64,000 nucleotides of DNA from an uncultured Acidobacteriota bacterium (GCA_963843575.1 CAWJKZ010000014.1:800001-864000); one strand, 5' to 3'. Positions 9,057 through 20,059 are shown, counted from the first letter of the stretch. Notes: generated by a model not told the origin, from the letters alone. Translations and numbers: made by a program.

Positions 9057-11512
9057 TCAGTAGACCCACTCGCCGGACTTGCCCCTGGTCGTTCTGCCGC
9101 CGGAGCCGGCGACATCCGCGGCGACGGTGCCCTCGCCCGCCTGCACCAGCACGATCGCCGATGACAGCACACCGTACAATTCCGGGTGGCTGGCCAGAAC
9201 ATCCTGGAGCGACCAGATGACGCCCTGGTGTGGACCGAGGACGATCCGCTGAGTCGAGAAGACGCGGTCACCGGCCACGACGGCAACTACCGCCGTGGTT
9301 AACTGGTCGAGCGGGTTGGCGATCCATATACGCCCGCTCGCGCCTATCGGCCCGGCTTCGAACTCCCATGAGCGAGGGAGCGCGTCGGACTCGATCGCCG
9401 CCACGGCCTCCGGTTGCGCGCCCGCGTCCTCCAGGCTGAACAGCAGGCTGTCGCTGTATGTCTCCCAGTGCCCGCCCTCATCCAGTGCGGTCAGGGTTTG
9501 GCCGGGCAGGACCGACAGCGCGGCAAACGCTTCGATCACTATCTCCTGAACGGCCACGAGGTTTCCCGCCGCATCGAACCCGTTCCAGATGGTGGAAATC
9601 CTGCGGTTGAACACGTTCGCGAGCACATACGAGACCGATTCGCCGGTCTGCGCCAGGACAGGCCACGTCAGGTGGTGAGCGCCGTCCCGGATCGTGTGCG
9701 ACTCTCTGGAAGTCAACTTCCCGGTGACGGTTGCCGTGTCCCCCGGGTGCCGGTCCGCCCCGGCAAGGTGGACGACGGCGTGCCGGCCACCCAGGTCGAT
9801 TCCAGGGGAACGGCGGCCGCCGACGGTCGCGGCATCGCCCACCACCCGTGGTTGCCATACGACGCGGTAACCGGGAGCGAGGAAGCCGCCCGCCCTTCGT
9901 CCGCCGAGGTTTCAAGGCCGGTCGAGGTGGAAAGTACCGCGGACGGACCAGCGGAGACCGGGTCGACGAGCGCGTTCTGCACCCTGTCGCCGCGCGCCTG
10001 GCCGCCTACCTGGACGACCCGCACGCTGGCGCCGCCGTCCGATACGACGAGCCCAAGCTCTTTCTCCAGAAACGCTCCTACCTGCTGCGGCTCCATCTCT
10101 GACGCTTCCAGCGTGATCGGCACCCAGCTGTCTTCGGCTGAAAGCTGCGGCAAGTCGACGTCTTCGGACCGCAGCGTGTGAAACACCCGTGCGGCCGAGA
10201 CGGCTGCGGAAGTTGAACGACAGCGCGCCCGCAGGAGATTTCCGCACCGAGTATTCGGGCCTGGCATCGAGTTCCGAGACCAGCGGGATCCTGGCTTGCC
10301 CGAGGCGAGCGGTTTTGGCGCTGCCTCCCTGTTGCGCCACGGTGATCGGCGAGCCCGAGCTGGTTTCCGATCGCCGCAACGATGCTCTCGTCGCTGCTCT
10401 GCACCGGGTAGGCAAGATTCCCGGTCACCCTCACGTCACCCGCACCCGCCACGAATTCCCCCGTGGTCGTCTCGAGCAGCTTCCTGAGTGGCACGCTGTC
10501 GGCCCGCACCTGCAGCAGGAGCCCCGCATCGGTCGCCACTACCGATGAGCTCAGCAGATCCGCTCCGTGCGAAGCCCGCGCGGTCCGGCCGCAGCGACGC
10601 GACGACCGCGAGCGCCGCAGTCCCCGCCTTCGGGGACGACGGCAATCTGGGTCGGGCGTGAAATACGCCGCATTTCCAGCTCCGATCTCACGAGACCCCG
10701 ATAGCACCTCCAGCCTGACCGTACCGGCACCGATCCGCACACCCCCGACCGGGAGAACGGTCGCATTGAGGATTTCAGACCGGTCTTCCGACATCAGGAG
10801 GTTCGGCAGGGAGACTGGTCGAGGTGCACGTCGAAACTTGCCTTCCTGGCGCGCCAGGTCCCCGCTGGGGTGCGCACCTGCAGGTCACCCGCGGCGTCGG
10901 CCTCGGAAGATACGGTCCCGTGCAGCAAGGCCAGCTGGCCGGCTGTACCCTGACCAGCTCGCACCGACCTGCGCCAGGGCGCCCTGGTGCAGGGTCAGCC
11001 TGACGCATTCGAGCAGCAGGATCTGCGCAGGGCTGCGCTCCGGGTTCCTGATCCAATCGCCGGCCCTGATCAGCGCGCCCGGGCCGATCGCACTCCAACC
11101 CGGCGCGTCGGAGGTAGCGCACCTCCAGCCGGTCGCCCGCGTTGAGCACCTTGCCCAGGCTGTGACGTTCGCACTGTCGGGAAGAACTGGACCACGACGA
11201 AGGCGAGCACGACGGCAGCCGCGATGGCGGGGGCCCAGCGGAAAATGCGCGCCCGCGCCTTCCTGGGTGCCGCAACCGGAGCCGGGGACGGACGGCGCCT
11301 GCGCCGCCGCCCGACCCTCCGCACAAAGCCTTCGTCAAGCGCGGCCCTGGCGAAGAACCCCGCAGGAGCGTTCCCTGGGCCCGCCAGTCGTCCAACGCCC
11401 GCCGGCAGGTTTCACAGCCCACGACATGGCCGTCGACGTCCTCTTTCTCGGAGGGCGACAGCTCGCCATCGAGCAGCCTGGATATGAGGGGAAAGTAGTA
11501 TGTGCAGCTCAT
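9057..11512 (-). CDS. Large membrane-anchored anti-sigma factor (zf-HC2, TM, FecR-like and extracytoplasmic domains), fragmented by frameshifts; may be more than one gene
   Basis: N-terminal LISRLLDGELSPSEKEDVDGHVVGCETC (HxxxCxxC); TM WAPAIAAAVVLAFVVVQFF in ORF 11070..11324; continuing pieces 10078..10794, 9713..10267, 9057..9845; ATGA overlap with the sigma stop. Confidence 0.6.
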
Positions 11513-12083
11513 GATGCACTGCTCCCGGATCTGTTCTCGATCAGCTTTTCTCTGATCATGGAGCGCACCCTGTACAGTTTTTCTCCAACAGCCGACACCG
11601 TCATGCCCAGCAGGTCCGAAATCTCACGATAGGAAAGGTTGTCCACGTGCTTCATGACGAAGATTTCGCGGTAGTCCTCTCGCAAGTGAGCTCAGCGCGG
11701 CGAGCAGATCGGCCTCGGCGAAGTCGGTACCATCGTCCTTTTCGTCCGGCGGCCCGACATTGGCCTTGAGGGACACCTCCTTGTGCAGGTCCGGATCGTG
11801 ATCGATGGACAGCCAGCGGGGATTGCGCCGGATGTAATCGATGCACTTGTTCCTCGCGATGCGGAGCAGCCACACTTTGAACCGGCTGCCGTCGCGCAGG
11901 CTCGAGATCGACTGCAAGGCCTGGACAAAGGTTTCCTGGGCTAAATCTTCTGCTGTGTGGAAGTTACCGACATAATTGTAGGCCAGTCCCAGCACCGTGT
12001 TCATATATTCGCGAACAAGGCAGTCGAAGGCCAGAGGGATCTCCATCTGCGCACCGACGTACCAGATCAGAAGTCGGATCCAT
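11509..12083 (-). CDS. ECF-type RNA polymerase sigma-70 factor, frameshifted twice
   Basis: MDPTSDLVRRCADGD start after GAGGGG RBS; region 2 AEDLAQETFV...FKVWLLRIARNKCIDYIR; region 4 REIFVMKHVDNLSYREISDLLGMTVSAVGEKLYR in another frame. Confidence 0.88.
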
Positions 12084-12239
12084 TCCCCTCGCCTTTACGT
12101 CTTGGGAGCGCTCTGCAATGTAGTCGCACGCGCGCGTTCTTATTAGAAGACAAAAACTGCACGCTATCGGAATTCCAATATCGGGAGAATTACGCGATTG
12201 CGGTACTTCACACGCCCGAACCGGCCTACTACTCTTCGA

Positions 12240-12850
12240 TCAGTAGGGCCGATTCTGTCCGCTCGGGATGCGGAAGTCAATACACTGTTGAAAGAGGCTG
12301 ATCCCCGCCATTCCGACCGCTCCCGGCACCATCACAGCCGGAAGGCTTTCCGGCGCATCCCCCCCAGCGCGAACACCGGGATACGGACCGAGGCACAGAC
12401 CTCTCCCAGGGCGGAAGTCCGATAGGGGAGCCAAGGCCGACCTTCGACCGGGTAGGGAAGACATGGCCGAGCAGGAGGTAGTCCGCCCCCGCCAGGGAAG
12501 CCTGAACACCCTCGGCCCGGAGTGGACGGATACACCGATCAGGAATCCGCGAGGCGTCCAGCGCCTGAGGTCGGCCGGTTCGGGCCCGTTGGCAGGGAGG
12601 TGAACGCCGTGGAGACCGGCGGCCAACGCGAGATCGGCACGGCCGTTGAGCATCACCCTGGTCGAGGTTCCGCGCGCGAGTCGCTCCACGCGAAGGGCGA
12701 GCTCGTACAGCTTGCCGTCGGTGAGGTCCTTTTCGCGGATCTGGACAAAGTCGACACTCCCGGGAGATCTGGCGGCGGATGCAGGCGAGCAGGGTCGTTC
12801 CCGTCAGCTCGTAGCGATTGGTGATGTAATAGTAGAGCGGACGCTTACTT
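12240..12850 (-). CDS. Thiamine phosphate synthase-like protein (ThiE/TenI family), frameshifted; boundaries approximate
   Basis: YYITNR, VMLNGRADLALAAGLHGVHLP, IGVSVHS, GADYLLLGHVFPTRSK, IPVFALGGM across several frames. Confidence 0.8.
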
Positions 12851-13094
12851 GGGAAAGTAGGATCTGTAGCTCTTCCGGAACTGCACAATCTCTTGGATTC
12901 CGATCAGGATGTTCACGATCCCCAGACCGAGAACCGCCCCCTTGAGAAACGGGTTGGCCACGATCGGGTCGGATCGCGGGCAGTTTATAGATCAGGTAGT
13001 TGTTCTCCCAGAGATCCAGCCAGGGGAGAAACAGAAGAAACACACCGACTTCCAGGGAATAGATGATGTAGAGGATGTGCCAGACCCAGGCCAT
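12845..13094 (-). CDS. Small hypothetical membrane protein (frameshift near 12965)
   Basis: WHILYIIYSLEVGVFLLFLPWLDLWENNY, then in the shifted frame NPFLKGAVLGLGIVNILIGIQE; two hydrophobic segments. Confidence 0.6.
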
Positions 13095-13158
13095 GCGCGA
13101 CGGTGAACGCAGCTTGCCCCGGTCGTCGATGGAGAATTCCCGCGAAGGAGGAGAGATG

Positions 13159-15816
13159 CTAAGGGACATGCCTGCCTGGGCCGTTTTTCAGCTCGTCAAT
13201 TCTCTGGGCCACGTCGCGATAACTCGGATCGACGCCGAAAATCTCGCCAAAGCACTGCAAGGCTCGTTCCGCATCACCGGTTCCGCTGTGGGCAACCCCC
13301 ATATCATACCGGAGCGCGAGGGCTTCGTGCGAGCAAAACTCGGTGAGGCCCAAGCCGGTCTGGCACCAGCGGATGGCGGACCGCGGCATCCCTTTTTCAA
13401 GATAGCAGGTGCTGAGCATCCCGCAGCACTGGATCACTTCCTTCCGGTGTCTCGAAGCGTCGAGCGCCTTGACTGCGGCCTGGAACTCGGAGATGGCATC
13501 GTCAATCAGCGCCATTTCCCGGTAGGCTGTTCCAAGGGTGAAATGGGTTTCGAAGTCCTCGCGGGCGATTTCCCTGTCCGTCAGCGCGTTGACCTCATCT
13601 ATGAGATCGGCGAACATGGCGTTCACCTGTCCCTCGTGGGCGATGGCGTTGGCCGCCCCGGCCCCCTGGGGGACGACCTCGGTCGCGGCGGCGGCCGCCC
13701 CCGCGGAGGGCGCTTCGGCTTGCGGCGGAAGATCGAGCGATAGCTGATCGACCGCCTCCACCGGCACATCAAGGACGGAAAAGTCGTCCGGAGCGTCCGC
13801 ATCCGTCTCGCCGAACTGCGGCTCGAACGCCGGTGCGCCGGTGGCGGTTTCCGCCAGACCGTTCGACGGCGACATCGAGGCGGCGTCGGAGAGCTTGGCA
13901 TAGCGCGACGGCAGCTCGGGGTGATCGGGGTTCAGCCGGGCTATTTCGTCCAGCTTCGCCCGGGCCTCGTCGGCGAACCCGAGCCGGATATAAAAGTCCA
14001 CTTCCTGGAGCTGGTCCTGCAGGGACTCGGGGGCCGCCTTCGGGGTAGCGACGCCCTGGCTGTATTCCTCGACGAACTCGCTCGGAGGAATCGCAGTGTC
14101 CGGTTCCACGGCGTCGGTCCCGCCGCCGTCCTTGAAGAAAATCTCCGAGAGATCGCCGGAGAGATCGACCTCCAGGCTGCCGGATTTCTGGGAGCCGCCC
14201 TCGGTCATACCGGGGAGTGTCAGCTCTATGCCGTGCTGCCGGGCGAAGGCTGCCAGGTCGAAGCGCGCGTCGATGAGTTCCGGACTGAGCTTCCGCGCCT
14301 CGTCCATGTGCCGCTGGGCGGCCTCCTCATTGTTGGACCGGCGCTCGAGCGCCGCCAGTATGGCACACTGCTCCGCGGCTTTCGCCGGGCTGGCCGAGTC
14401 GCGGAACACAGTAGCCAGCCGCACGTGCACGGCTTTGTCGGAAGGATCCTTGGCCGCCAGTTCTTGAAGCATGTCCAGGGCCTTGTCCGTCATCCCATAG
14501 CTGAGGAGCAGGTCGATTTCGACGAACTTCGCGCCACCCCCTTCGCCCGCGGCCACCGCATCGCGCGCGCTTGCCGAGATGTCCAGCGGCGGTTTTCGGA
14601 GCCCTTCGACGGGCATAACCGGCGGAGTGTAGGGGGAGTCCGGGTAAGCCTGAGCGAACGCCTCCTGGTGCAGCCGCAGATACTTGTCCTCCGCTGCGAT
14701 CTGGAGGATCTTCTCGAGGGGTTCGAGCGCCAGTTTCGGGGCCTGACAATCCAGGTGGTGGAGGGCGATTCGCTCGAGGGTGTCGATGTACTTCGGCTGG
14801 TCGTTCACGGCCGAGTAGATGTCCCCGAGACGGCTGAGCGCCGGGACGTGAGACGGCTCCTTCTCCAGGATCCGCTCGTAGGACTCGGCCGCCCGGTCGG
14901 TCTCACGCCGGCTGACCAGCTTCGGGAAGATCGGGTCGAGCGCGGAGGCCGCGCCGTCGAGGTCCCCGGCTTCGAAAAACGCGTTGCCCACGTCGAAGAA
15001 ATGCGGGTACCGGGATTCGTCGAGCGCGACCGTCATTTCGAAAGCGATCGATGCGCTCTTGATGTCGCCGTTGGCGAGGTGGGCCTCACCCAGCATCTCA
15101 CGGAAGTCGACGCTGTCCGGCACGATGGAGAGCGCGTGTTTGAGCTGTTCGACCGCGGGCGCAAGGTCGGACGTGTGGATCGAACAGTCCAGGAATCCCC
15201 TCATCGTCTCGACGTCGATGGGGTCGAGCTCGAGCGACCGGCGGAAGGAGTGCGCGGCGGCGCCATGATTTCCGGCCTTCACCTGAGCCCGGCCGGCGCC
15301 GGCAAAATAGACTTGGGCTTTCTCTTTGATCCCCTCCGCCAGGTAAATCTCCGCAAGCTTCAGCTGGACTGCGGAGTTGGCGGGGTCCATCTCGACAGCC
15401 TTGGCGTAGGCGTCGAGCGATTCCTGCGTCTTGCCCTCCCGCGTGCAGATCTCCGCGACCCGCAGGTACTGGTTGCGGGCGTCCACGCTCAGCCCCTGCT
15501 TTGCGTAAAGCTCGGCCAGCGTCTGGTTGATTTCGAAATTCTGGGGGTTCGCGTTGAGGATCTTCTTGTAGACGGCAATGGCTTTGAGGAGGAAGTTGTT
15601 GCGCGCATAGGCCTCCGCGACCTGCACGAACGCGCGGTTGGCGTCCTCGGTCCGCCCCAGCCGGAGGTAAAGATCGCCGATAGTGTTGAGGGTCAGGACG
15701 TCGCTCGGGTCGCTTTTGACGACCTTGAGGTACTCGGCTATCGCCTGAGGGACTTTGCCCTGCATCACGTACTTCTCGGCATCCCTCAGCAGTCTGGACT
15801 TGGTGTCAACAGCCAT
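13159..15816 (-). CDS. Large tetratricopeptide-repeat protein (SgmX/FimV-like architecture)
   Basis: N-terminal TPR array, acidic linker, motifs FVEIDLLLSYGMTDKA and LQEVDFYIRLGFADEA, C-terminal TPRs ETHFTLGTAYREMALIDDAISEFQ...DPSYRDVAQRI. Confidence 0.85.
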   Translation of the reverse strand: MAVDTKSRLLRDAEKYVMQGKVPQAIAEYLKVVKSDPSDVLTLNTIGDLYLRLGRTEDANRAFVQVAEAYARNNFLLKAIAVYKKILNANPQNFEINQTLAELYAKQGLSVDARNQYLRVAEICTREGKTQESLDAYAKAVEMDPANSAVQLKLAEIYLAEGIKEKAQVYFAGAGRAQVKAGNHGAAAHSFRRSLELDPIDVETMRGFLDCSIHTSDLAPAVEQLKHALSIVPDSVDFREMLGEAHLANGDIKSASIAFEMTVALDESRYPHFFDVGNAFFEAGDLDGAASALDPIFPKLVSRRETDRAAESYERILEKEPSHVPALSRLGDIYSAVNDQPKYIDTLERIALHHLDCQAPKLALEPLEKILQIAAEDKYLRLHQEAFAQAYPDSPYTPPVMPVEGLRKPPLDISASARDAVAAGEGGGAKFVEIDLLLSYGMTDKALDMLQELAAKDPSDKAVHVRLATVFRDSASPAKAAEQCAILAALERRSNNEEAAQRHMDEARKLSPELIDARFDLAAFARQHGIELTLPGMTEGGSQKSGSLEVDLSGDLSEIFFKDGGGTDAVEPDTAIPPSEFVEEYSQGVATPKAAPESLQDQLQEVDFYIRLGFADEARAKLDEIARLNPDHPELPSRYAKLSDAASMSPSNGLAETATGAPAFEPQFGETDADAPDDFSVLDVPVEAVDQLSLDLPPQAEAPSAGAAAAATEVVPQGAGAANAIAHEGQVNAMFADLIDEVNALTDREIAREDFETHFTLGTAYREMALIDDAISEFQAAVKALDASRHRKEVIQCCGMLSTCYLEKGMPRSAIRWCQTGLGLTEFCSHEALALRYDMGVAHSGTGDAERALQCFGEIFGVDPSYRDVAQRIDELKNGPGRHVP

Positions 15817-16193
15817 GATCCCCCCCCACGGTCTCTGGCCGACAGGCATACGCTTAGACCCGCCGGCCCCGGGGATACGTGTCCAATGTCGACGGAACGG
15901 GATTCTGAGACCTGCAGATGGTAAGACGAGGCACTCGCGCGCAGACCACGGCGGGAGCCTTAGGCAGATCCGGTGCAGCGACACCGAACGTCAGCCCGGA
16001 CTGGGCCGCCCTGGAGATAGGGCCACGCGGGTGCGGGCGACAGCGGCGACAAGCGGCGGTTCCGCCTCTTGACGCCGCGCCGCGCCGGTCTGTGCGGCTG
16101 ACGGTCGGTTCACCTGTTTCACTCCGTGGCCATGTCGGCTTCGTTACCGCCCAGATCGCCATCGAAGGGTCCCGGCCGCCCCGCAGGAGTCGG

Positions 16194-16576
16194 TTAGTTC
16201 GTGCTCGACACCGCGCTCGGTTCGCGCTCGGTCCGGCCGATTTCCTTCAGCCGGCCTGCCTTGCCGCGGCGGCCCTCTGAGATAGTACGAGTCGCGCCCG
16301 GCGTACTTTCCCGCTCTTCGTGATCTCGACTTTTTCGATCACGGGCGAGTGGACCGGGAAGATCCGTTCGACCCCGTACCCCGAAGACACCTTTCGGACC
16401 GTGAAGGTCGAAGAGATCCGGTTCCGCTTCAAGGCCAGCACGACACCTTCGAAGATCTGGATGCGGTACTTGTCTCCTTCCTTGATCTTGACGTGGACCC
16501 GCACGGTATCGCCCGAGCGGAACCTCGGAAGATCACTCCGCATTTGAGAATTATCGACCGCCTGCATCAAGTTCAT
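16194..16576 (-). CDS. rplS: 50S ribosomal protein L19 (frameshift near 16285)
   Basis: [57 protein letters not shown]; YYLRGRRGKA continues in another frame. Confidence 0.95.
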
Positions 16577-16691
16577 GACACACTCCTTGGCAAAAAAGTG
16601 CCGCCTTGCCGGAAAGCCTGGAACCGCGCGCAGGACAAATCGGCCTGCCGGATGCTCGCCAGAGATCCCGCAAGTATTGTAAAATAAAACT

Positions 16692-17379
16692 TTAGTTGGT
16701 CCTTCTGCGCCAGCTCGGGACGGATCTGCGGGTCCTCTCAAGCGCCCGTTCCCTGCGCCACCGCTCGATGCGGGCGTGATTCGCCCGACAGGAGCACTTC
16801 CGGGACCGCCATTCCCCTGAAGACGGCAGGCCGCGTATACTGGGGATAGTCCAGCAATCCCGTCGAAAAGCTCTCGTTCCGGGCGGAGTCCCGGTTGCCC
16901 AGGGCCCCCGGGATCAGGCGAATCACGGAATCCAGGACGATCATGGCCGGGATCTCGCCGCCGGTGAGCACGAAATCGCCGACCGAGACTTCCCTGTCCA
17001 CCAGGGTCTCGACGACCCGCTGGTCGACACCCTCATACCTCCCGCAGATCAGGATCAGGTGAGGAAGCGCCGCGAATTCCTCGGCTGTATTCTGCCTCCA
17101 CGTCCGTCCCTGCGGCGTGAGCAGCACGACCTGGCAACCCGGGACGGCGTCGCGCCGGCAGAATTCCACGGCCTCAAACAGCGGGCCGGGCATAAAAACC
17201 ATCCCTTCGCCGCCCCCATAGGGGCGGTCGTCAACCGAGCGGTGCCTGTCGGTCGTGAAATCCCGGAGATTGACTATCCGGACGTCCACGATTCCCGAGC
17301 TGCGGGCGCGCCGCACTATCCCGCATTCCAGAACGCCGGCGAAGAGTTCGGGAAAAATCGTGATGATATCAAATCTCAT
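16692..17379 (-). CDS. trmD: tRNA (guanine-N1)-methyltransferase TrmD (3' end frameshifted, stop approximate)
   Basis: [63 protein letters not shown]. Confidence 0.95.
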
Positions 17380-17909
17380 TCGTTCAGGTCCACCAATCCT
17401 TCGGGCAAATCGACGACGATGCGTTTGTCGGGTATCGAGATCTCCCGAAACACGTCTGCGGCGACCGGGACCATGAACTCGCCGGACTCGCCCCGGATGA
17501 CCAGCTGGCGATTTCCGGAGAGGCGCAAGACATCGGCGACTCTTCCCAGGATGCGTCCACCTCGGCCGACGACGACACACCCCACCAGGTCGTGGTCGAA
17601 GTACGTGCCGGCCGGAAGCGTGACGGCTTCGGCCTCCTCGACCTGGACCCAGGCCCCGACCAACCTCTGGGCAGCGGAAATGGAATCGACTCCCGTGAGT
17701 TTGAGGACCGGTCGGCCCTTGTGCTCCCAAATGCGCTCGACGGCGTACCGCTCCCGCGAGCCGTCGGCGAACTCCAGCCACACGGCGTCCACGAGGCTGA
17801 ATCGCTCGGGAAAATCCGTGTAGGACTCGGCCACCAACTCTCCGCGGATGCCGCGGGTCCGGACGATTCTGGCGATGCTGACGAAGGGCGGGCGGGTGAT
17901 CGGCTCCAC
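17376..17909 (-). CDS. rimM: 16S rRNA processing protein RimM
   Basis: [26 protein letters not shown]-barrel C-terminus VDLPEGL; GTG start overlapping the khpA stop; canonical operon position. Confidence 0.9.
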   Translation of the reverse strand: MEPITRPPFVSIARIVRTRGIRGELVAESYTDFPERFSLVDAVWLEFADGSRERYAVERIWEHKGRPVLKLTGVDSISAAQRLVGAWVQVEEAEAVTLPAGTYFDHDLVGCVVVGRGGRILGRVADVLRLSGNRQLVIRGESGEFMVPVAADVFREISIPDKRIVVDLPEGLVDLNE

Positions 17910-18140
17910 TATTCCAGGATTTCCAGGACGAACCGTCTTGCGCAACTTCATGCCGGCGGCACCGAGCAGCGTGCGGATGCAGCGCGCGGTGCGGCCCTGC
18001 TTGCCGATCACTTTGCCCAAGTCGGTCGGTGCGACGCGCAGTTCCAGCACCGTGGTTTGTTCCCCCTCCACTTCGGTCACGACAACCTGCTCAGGATTGT
18101 CCACGAGCGCTTTCGCAATCATTTCCACAAGCTCTTTCAT
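17909..18140 (-). CDS. khpA: KH-domain RNA-binding protein KhpA (appears fused to rimM through an indel near 17935)
   Basis: [19 protein letters not shown]...[13 protein letters not shown]; C-terminus RFVLEILE-stop in shifted frame. Confidence 0.9.
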
Positions 18141-18222
18141 AACCGGGTCCCCTTCCGATCGCACATCTACACCTTGCCTGCTCGGGAGCTACCTTGGGTG
18201 CTGGTACAGGGTGAACGACAGC

Positions 18223-18480
18223 TTAGCTTTGGGGGGCTGAAGCAGCAGGGGTCGCCCTTTTCAGCAGAGAGCTCACCGTCTCCGAAGGCTGAGCGCCCCG
18301 TTCCATCCAGTGCTGAACCCTCTCCATGTTGAGCTCGACCGATGGAGGGTCCGTGCGAGGATTGTAGTGTCCCACGATCTCGACGAAACTCCCGTCACGA
18401 GCCTGTCTCTGCTCAGAAACCACCACACGATAGAATGGTTTCTTCTTCGCACCCATTCGCGTCAAACGTATTCTTAACAA
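18223..18480 (-). CDS. rpsP: 30S ribosomal protein S16
   Basis: LRIRLTRMGAKKKPFYRVVV, GHYNP, GAQPSETV; GGAGG RBS with TTG start. Confidence 0.97.
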   Translation of the reverse strand: MLRIRLTRMGAKKKPFYRVVVSEQRQARDGSFVEIVGHYNPRTDPPSVELNMERVQHWMERGAQPSETVSSLLKRATPAASAPQS

Positions 18481-18562
18481 AACTCCTCCTCAATTGAAAG
18501 GGTCCATAAACCTTGTTAATTCTGACACATAAGTACGTTGGATGCAACCGTCCGAAACGCGC

Positions 18563-19897
18563 CTAGCCCGGGAACCGCATGCCGCGCATCATGCGCGGCA
18601 TGATACCGCGGCTCAGGCTCTTCATCATCTTGCGGGTCTCGACATACTGTTTCAGGAGGCGATTGATCTCCTGGACGGGACGGCCGCTGCCGCGTGCGAT
18701 GCGTTTGCGGCGGCTGCCGTTCAGAAGGTGATGGTGAGCTCGTTCCTCCGGCGTCATCGAATTGATGATGGCTTCGATGTGGATCAGCTCTTTCTCGTCC
18801 ACCTTCATGTTGCCGAGCCCCCGCAGCGGCCCCATGTTCGGGAGCATGCCGAGGATCTGCTCGAGCGGGCCCATCTTGCGGATCTGGCGCAGCTGGTCGC
18901 GGAAATCGTCGAGCGTGAACTCGTCTTTGCGGATCTTCTCCGCCATTTCGAGCGCCTGCTCCTGATCGACCGCCTGCTCGGCCTTTTCGATCAGCGAGAG
19001 GACGTCGCCCATCCCCAGGATCCGGCCCGCCACCCGGTCGGGATAGAACGGTTCCAGCGCGTCCGCCTTTTCGCCCGTTCCGACGAACTTGATCGACTGG
19101 CCCGTGACACTCTTGATGGACAGCGCGGCGCCACCGCGGGCGTCGCCGTCCATCTTGGTCAGGATTACGCCCGTCAAGCCGAGCCGATCGTGAAAATCTT
19201 TCGCGCTGCGGACCGCGTCCTGGCCCGTCATGGCGTCGGCCACCAGCAGGATCTCCGTCGGAGGCGCGACGCTGCGCAGGCGCTCCAGCTCCCGCATCAT
19301 CTCCTCGTCGATGTGAAGCCGGCCGGCCGTGTCGACGAGGACCACGTCATAGCCGCTGTTGCGCGCGTGCCGCAGGCCCTGCTCCGCCCGGGCAACCGGG
19401 TCGTCGTTCCCCGGGGCGTCGAAGTACCCGAGGCGGTTGTCGGCGCACAGTACCCGCAGCTGCTCGACCGCCGCGGGACGGTAGACGTCCACCGACAGCA
19501 GCAGCGGCGTGTGGTTGTTCTTGGTGAGCCAGACGCCGAGTTTCGCGGTCGTGGTCGTCTTGCCGGATCCCTGCAGCCCGACCATCAGGTAGACGGAAGG
19601 GGGCTGCTTGGAGAAGACCGGCTCGCTCTGGCTGCCGCCGAGGAGGGTCACCAGCTCGTCGCGCACGACCTTGACGACCTGCTGGCCGGGAGTGAGCGCC
19701 TCCATCACCTCCTGGCCCAGCGCGCGTTGCTTGACACGCTCGACGAAGTCCTTGGCGATCTTGTAGTGGACATCGGCATCCAGGAGAGCGTTGCGGATTT
19801 CGCGGGTGGTCTCCTCGACGTGCCGCTCCGACACTCGGCCCTGGCCGCGCAGGTCTTTGAGGATCTTCTGAAGCTTGTTGGACAGACTCTCCAGCAT
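18563..19897 (-). CDS. ffh: Signal recognition particle protein Ffh
   Basis: GLQGSGKTTT, DVYRPAA, DTAGR, TKMDGDARGGAALS, M-domain SMTPEER...SRRKRIARGSG. Confidence 0.97.
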   Translation of the reverse strand: MLESLSNKLQKILKDLRGQGRVSERHVEETTREIRNALLDADVHYKIAKDFVERVKQRALGQEVMEALTPGQQVVKVVRDELVTLLGGSQSEPVFSKQPPSVYLMVGLQGSGKTTTTAKLGVWLTKNNHTPLLLSVDVYRPAAVEQLRVLCADNRLGYFDAPGNDDPVARAEQGLRHARNSGYDVVLVDTAGRLHIDEEMMRELERLRSVAPPTEILLVADAMTGQDAVRSAKDFHDRLGLTGVILTKMDGDARGGAALSIKSVTGQSIKFVGTGEKADALEPFYPDRVAGRILGMGDVLSLIEKAEQAVDQEQALEMAEKIRKDEFTLDDFRDQLRQIRKMGPLEQILGMLPNMGPLRGLGNMKVDEKELIHIEAIINSMTPEERAHHHLLNGSRRKRIARGSGRPVQEINRLLKQYVETRKMMKSLSRGIMPRMMRGMRFPG

Positions 19898-20008
19898 TTC
19901 GTTCCTGGGAAACCAGCCGGGATTCGACTAGCGAACGGGGGGTTCCTGCACTAAGATAACAGTTTTGGGCAAAGTAAGACCGCCTTGCCCAAACAGGGCA
20001 ATCGACAA

Positions 20009-20037
20009 AGGCTACTTGCGCGGGTTTTTTCAGTCAA
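20009..20037 (-). promoter_or_regulatory. Putative sigma-70 promoter for the ffh-rpsP operon
   Basis: Minus strand TTGACT-17 nt-TAGCCT. Confidence 0.35.
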
Positions 20038-20059
20038 GCGAATTCAGGACGGCTCCATC

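Noticed and set aside
15817-16193. Long intergenic region after rplS as a possible ncRNA
   Set aside because: No recognisable RNA family motif or long stem; only generic GC-rich pairing.
17376-18164. Apparent KhpA-RimM fusion ORF
   Set aside because: The normal KhpA C-terminus (RFVLEILE-stop) is present in another frame, so a single-base indel explains the fusion.
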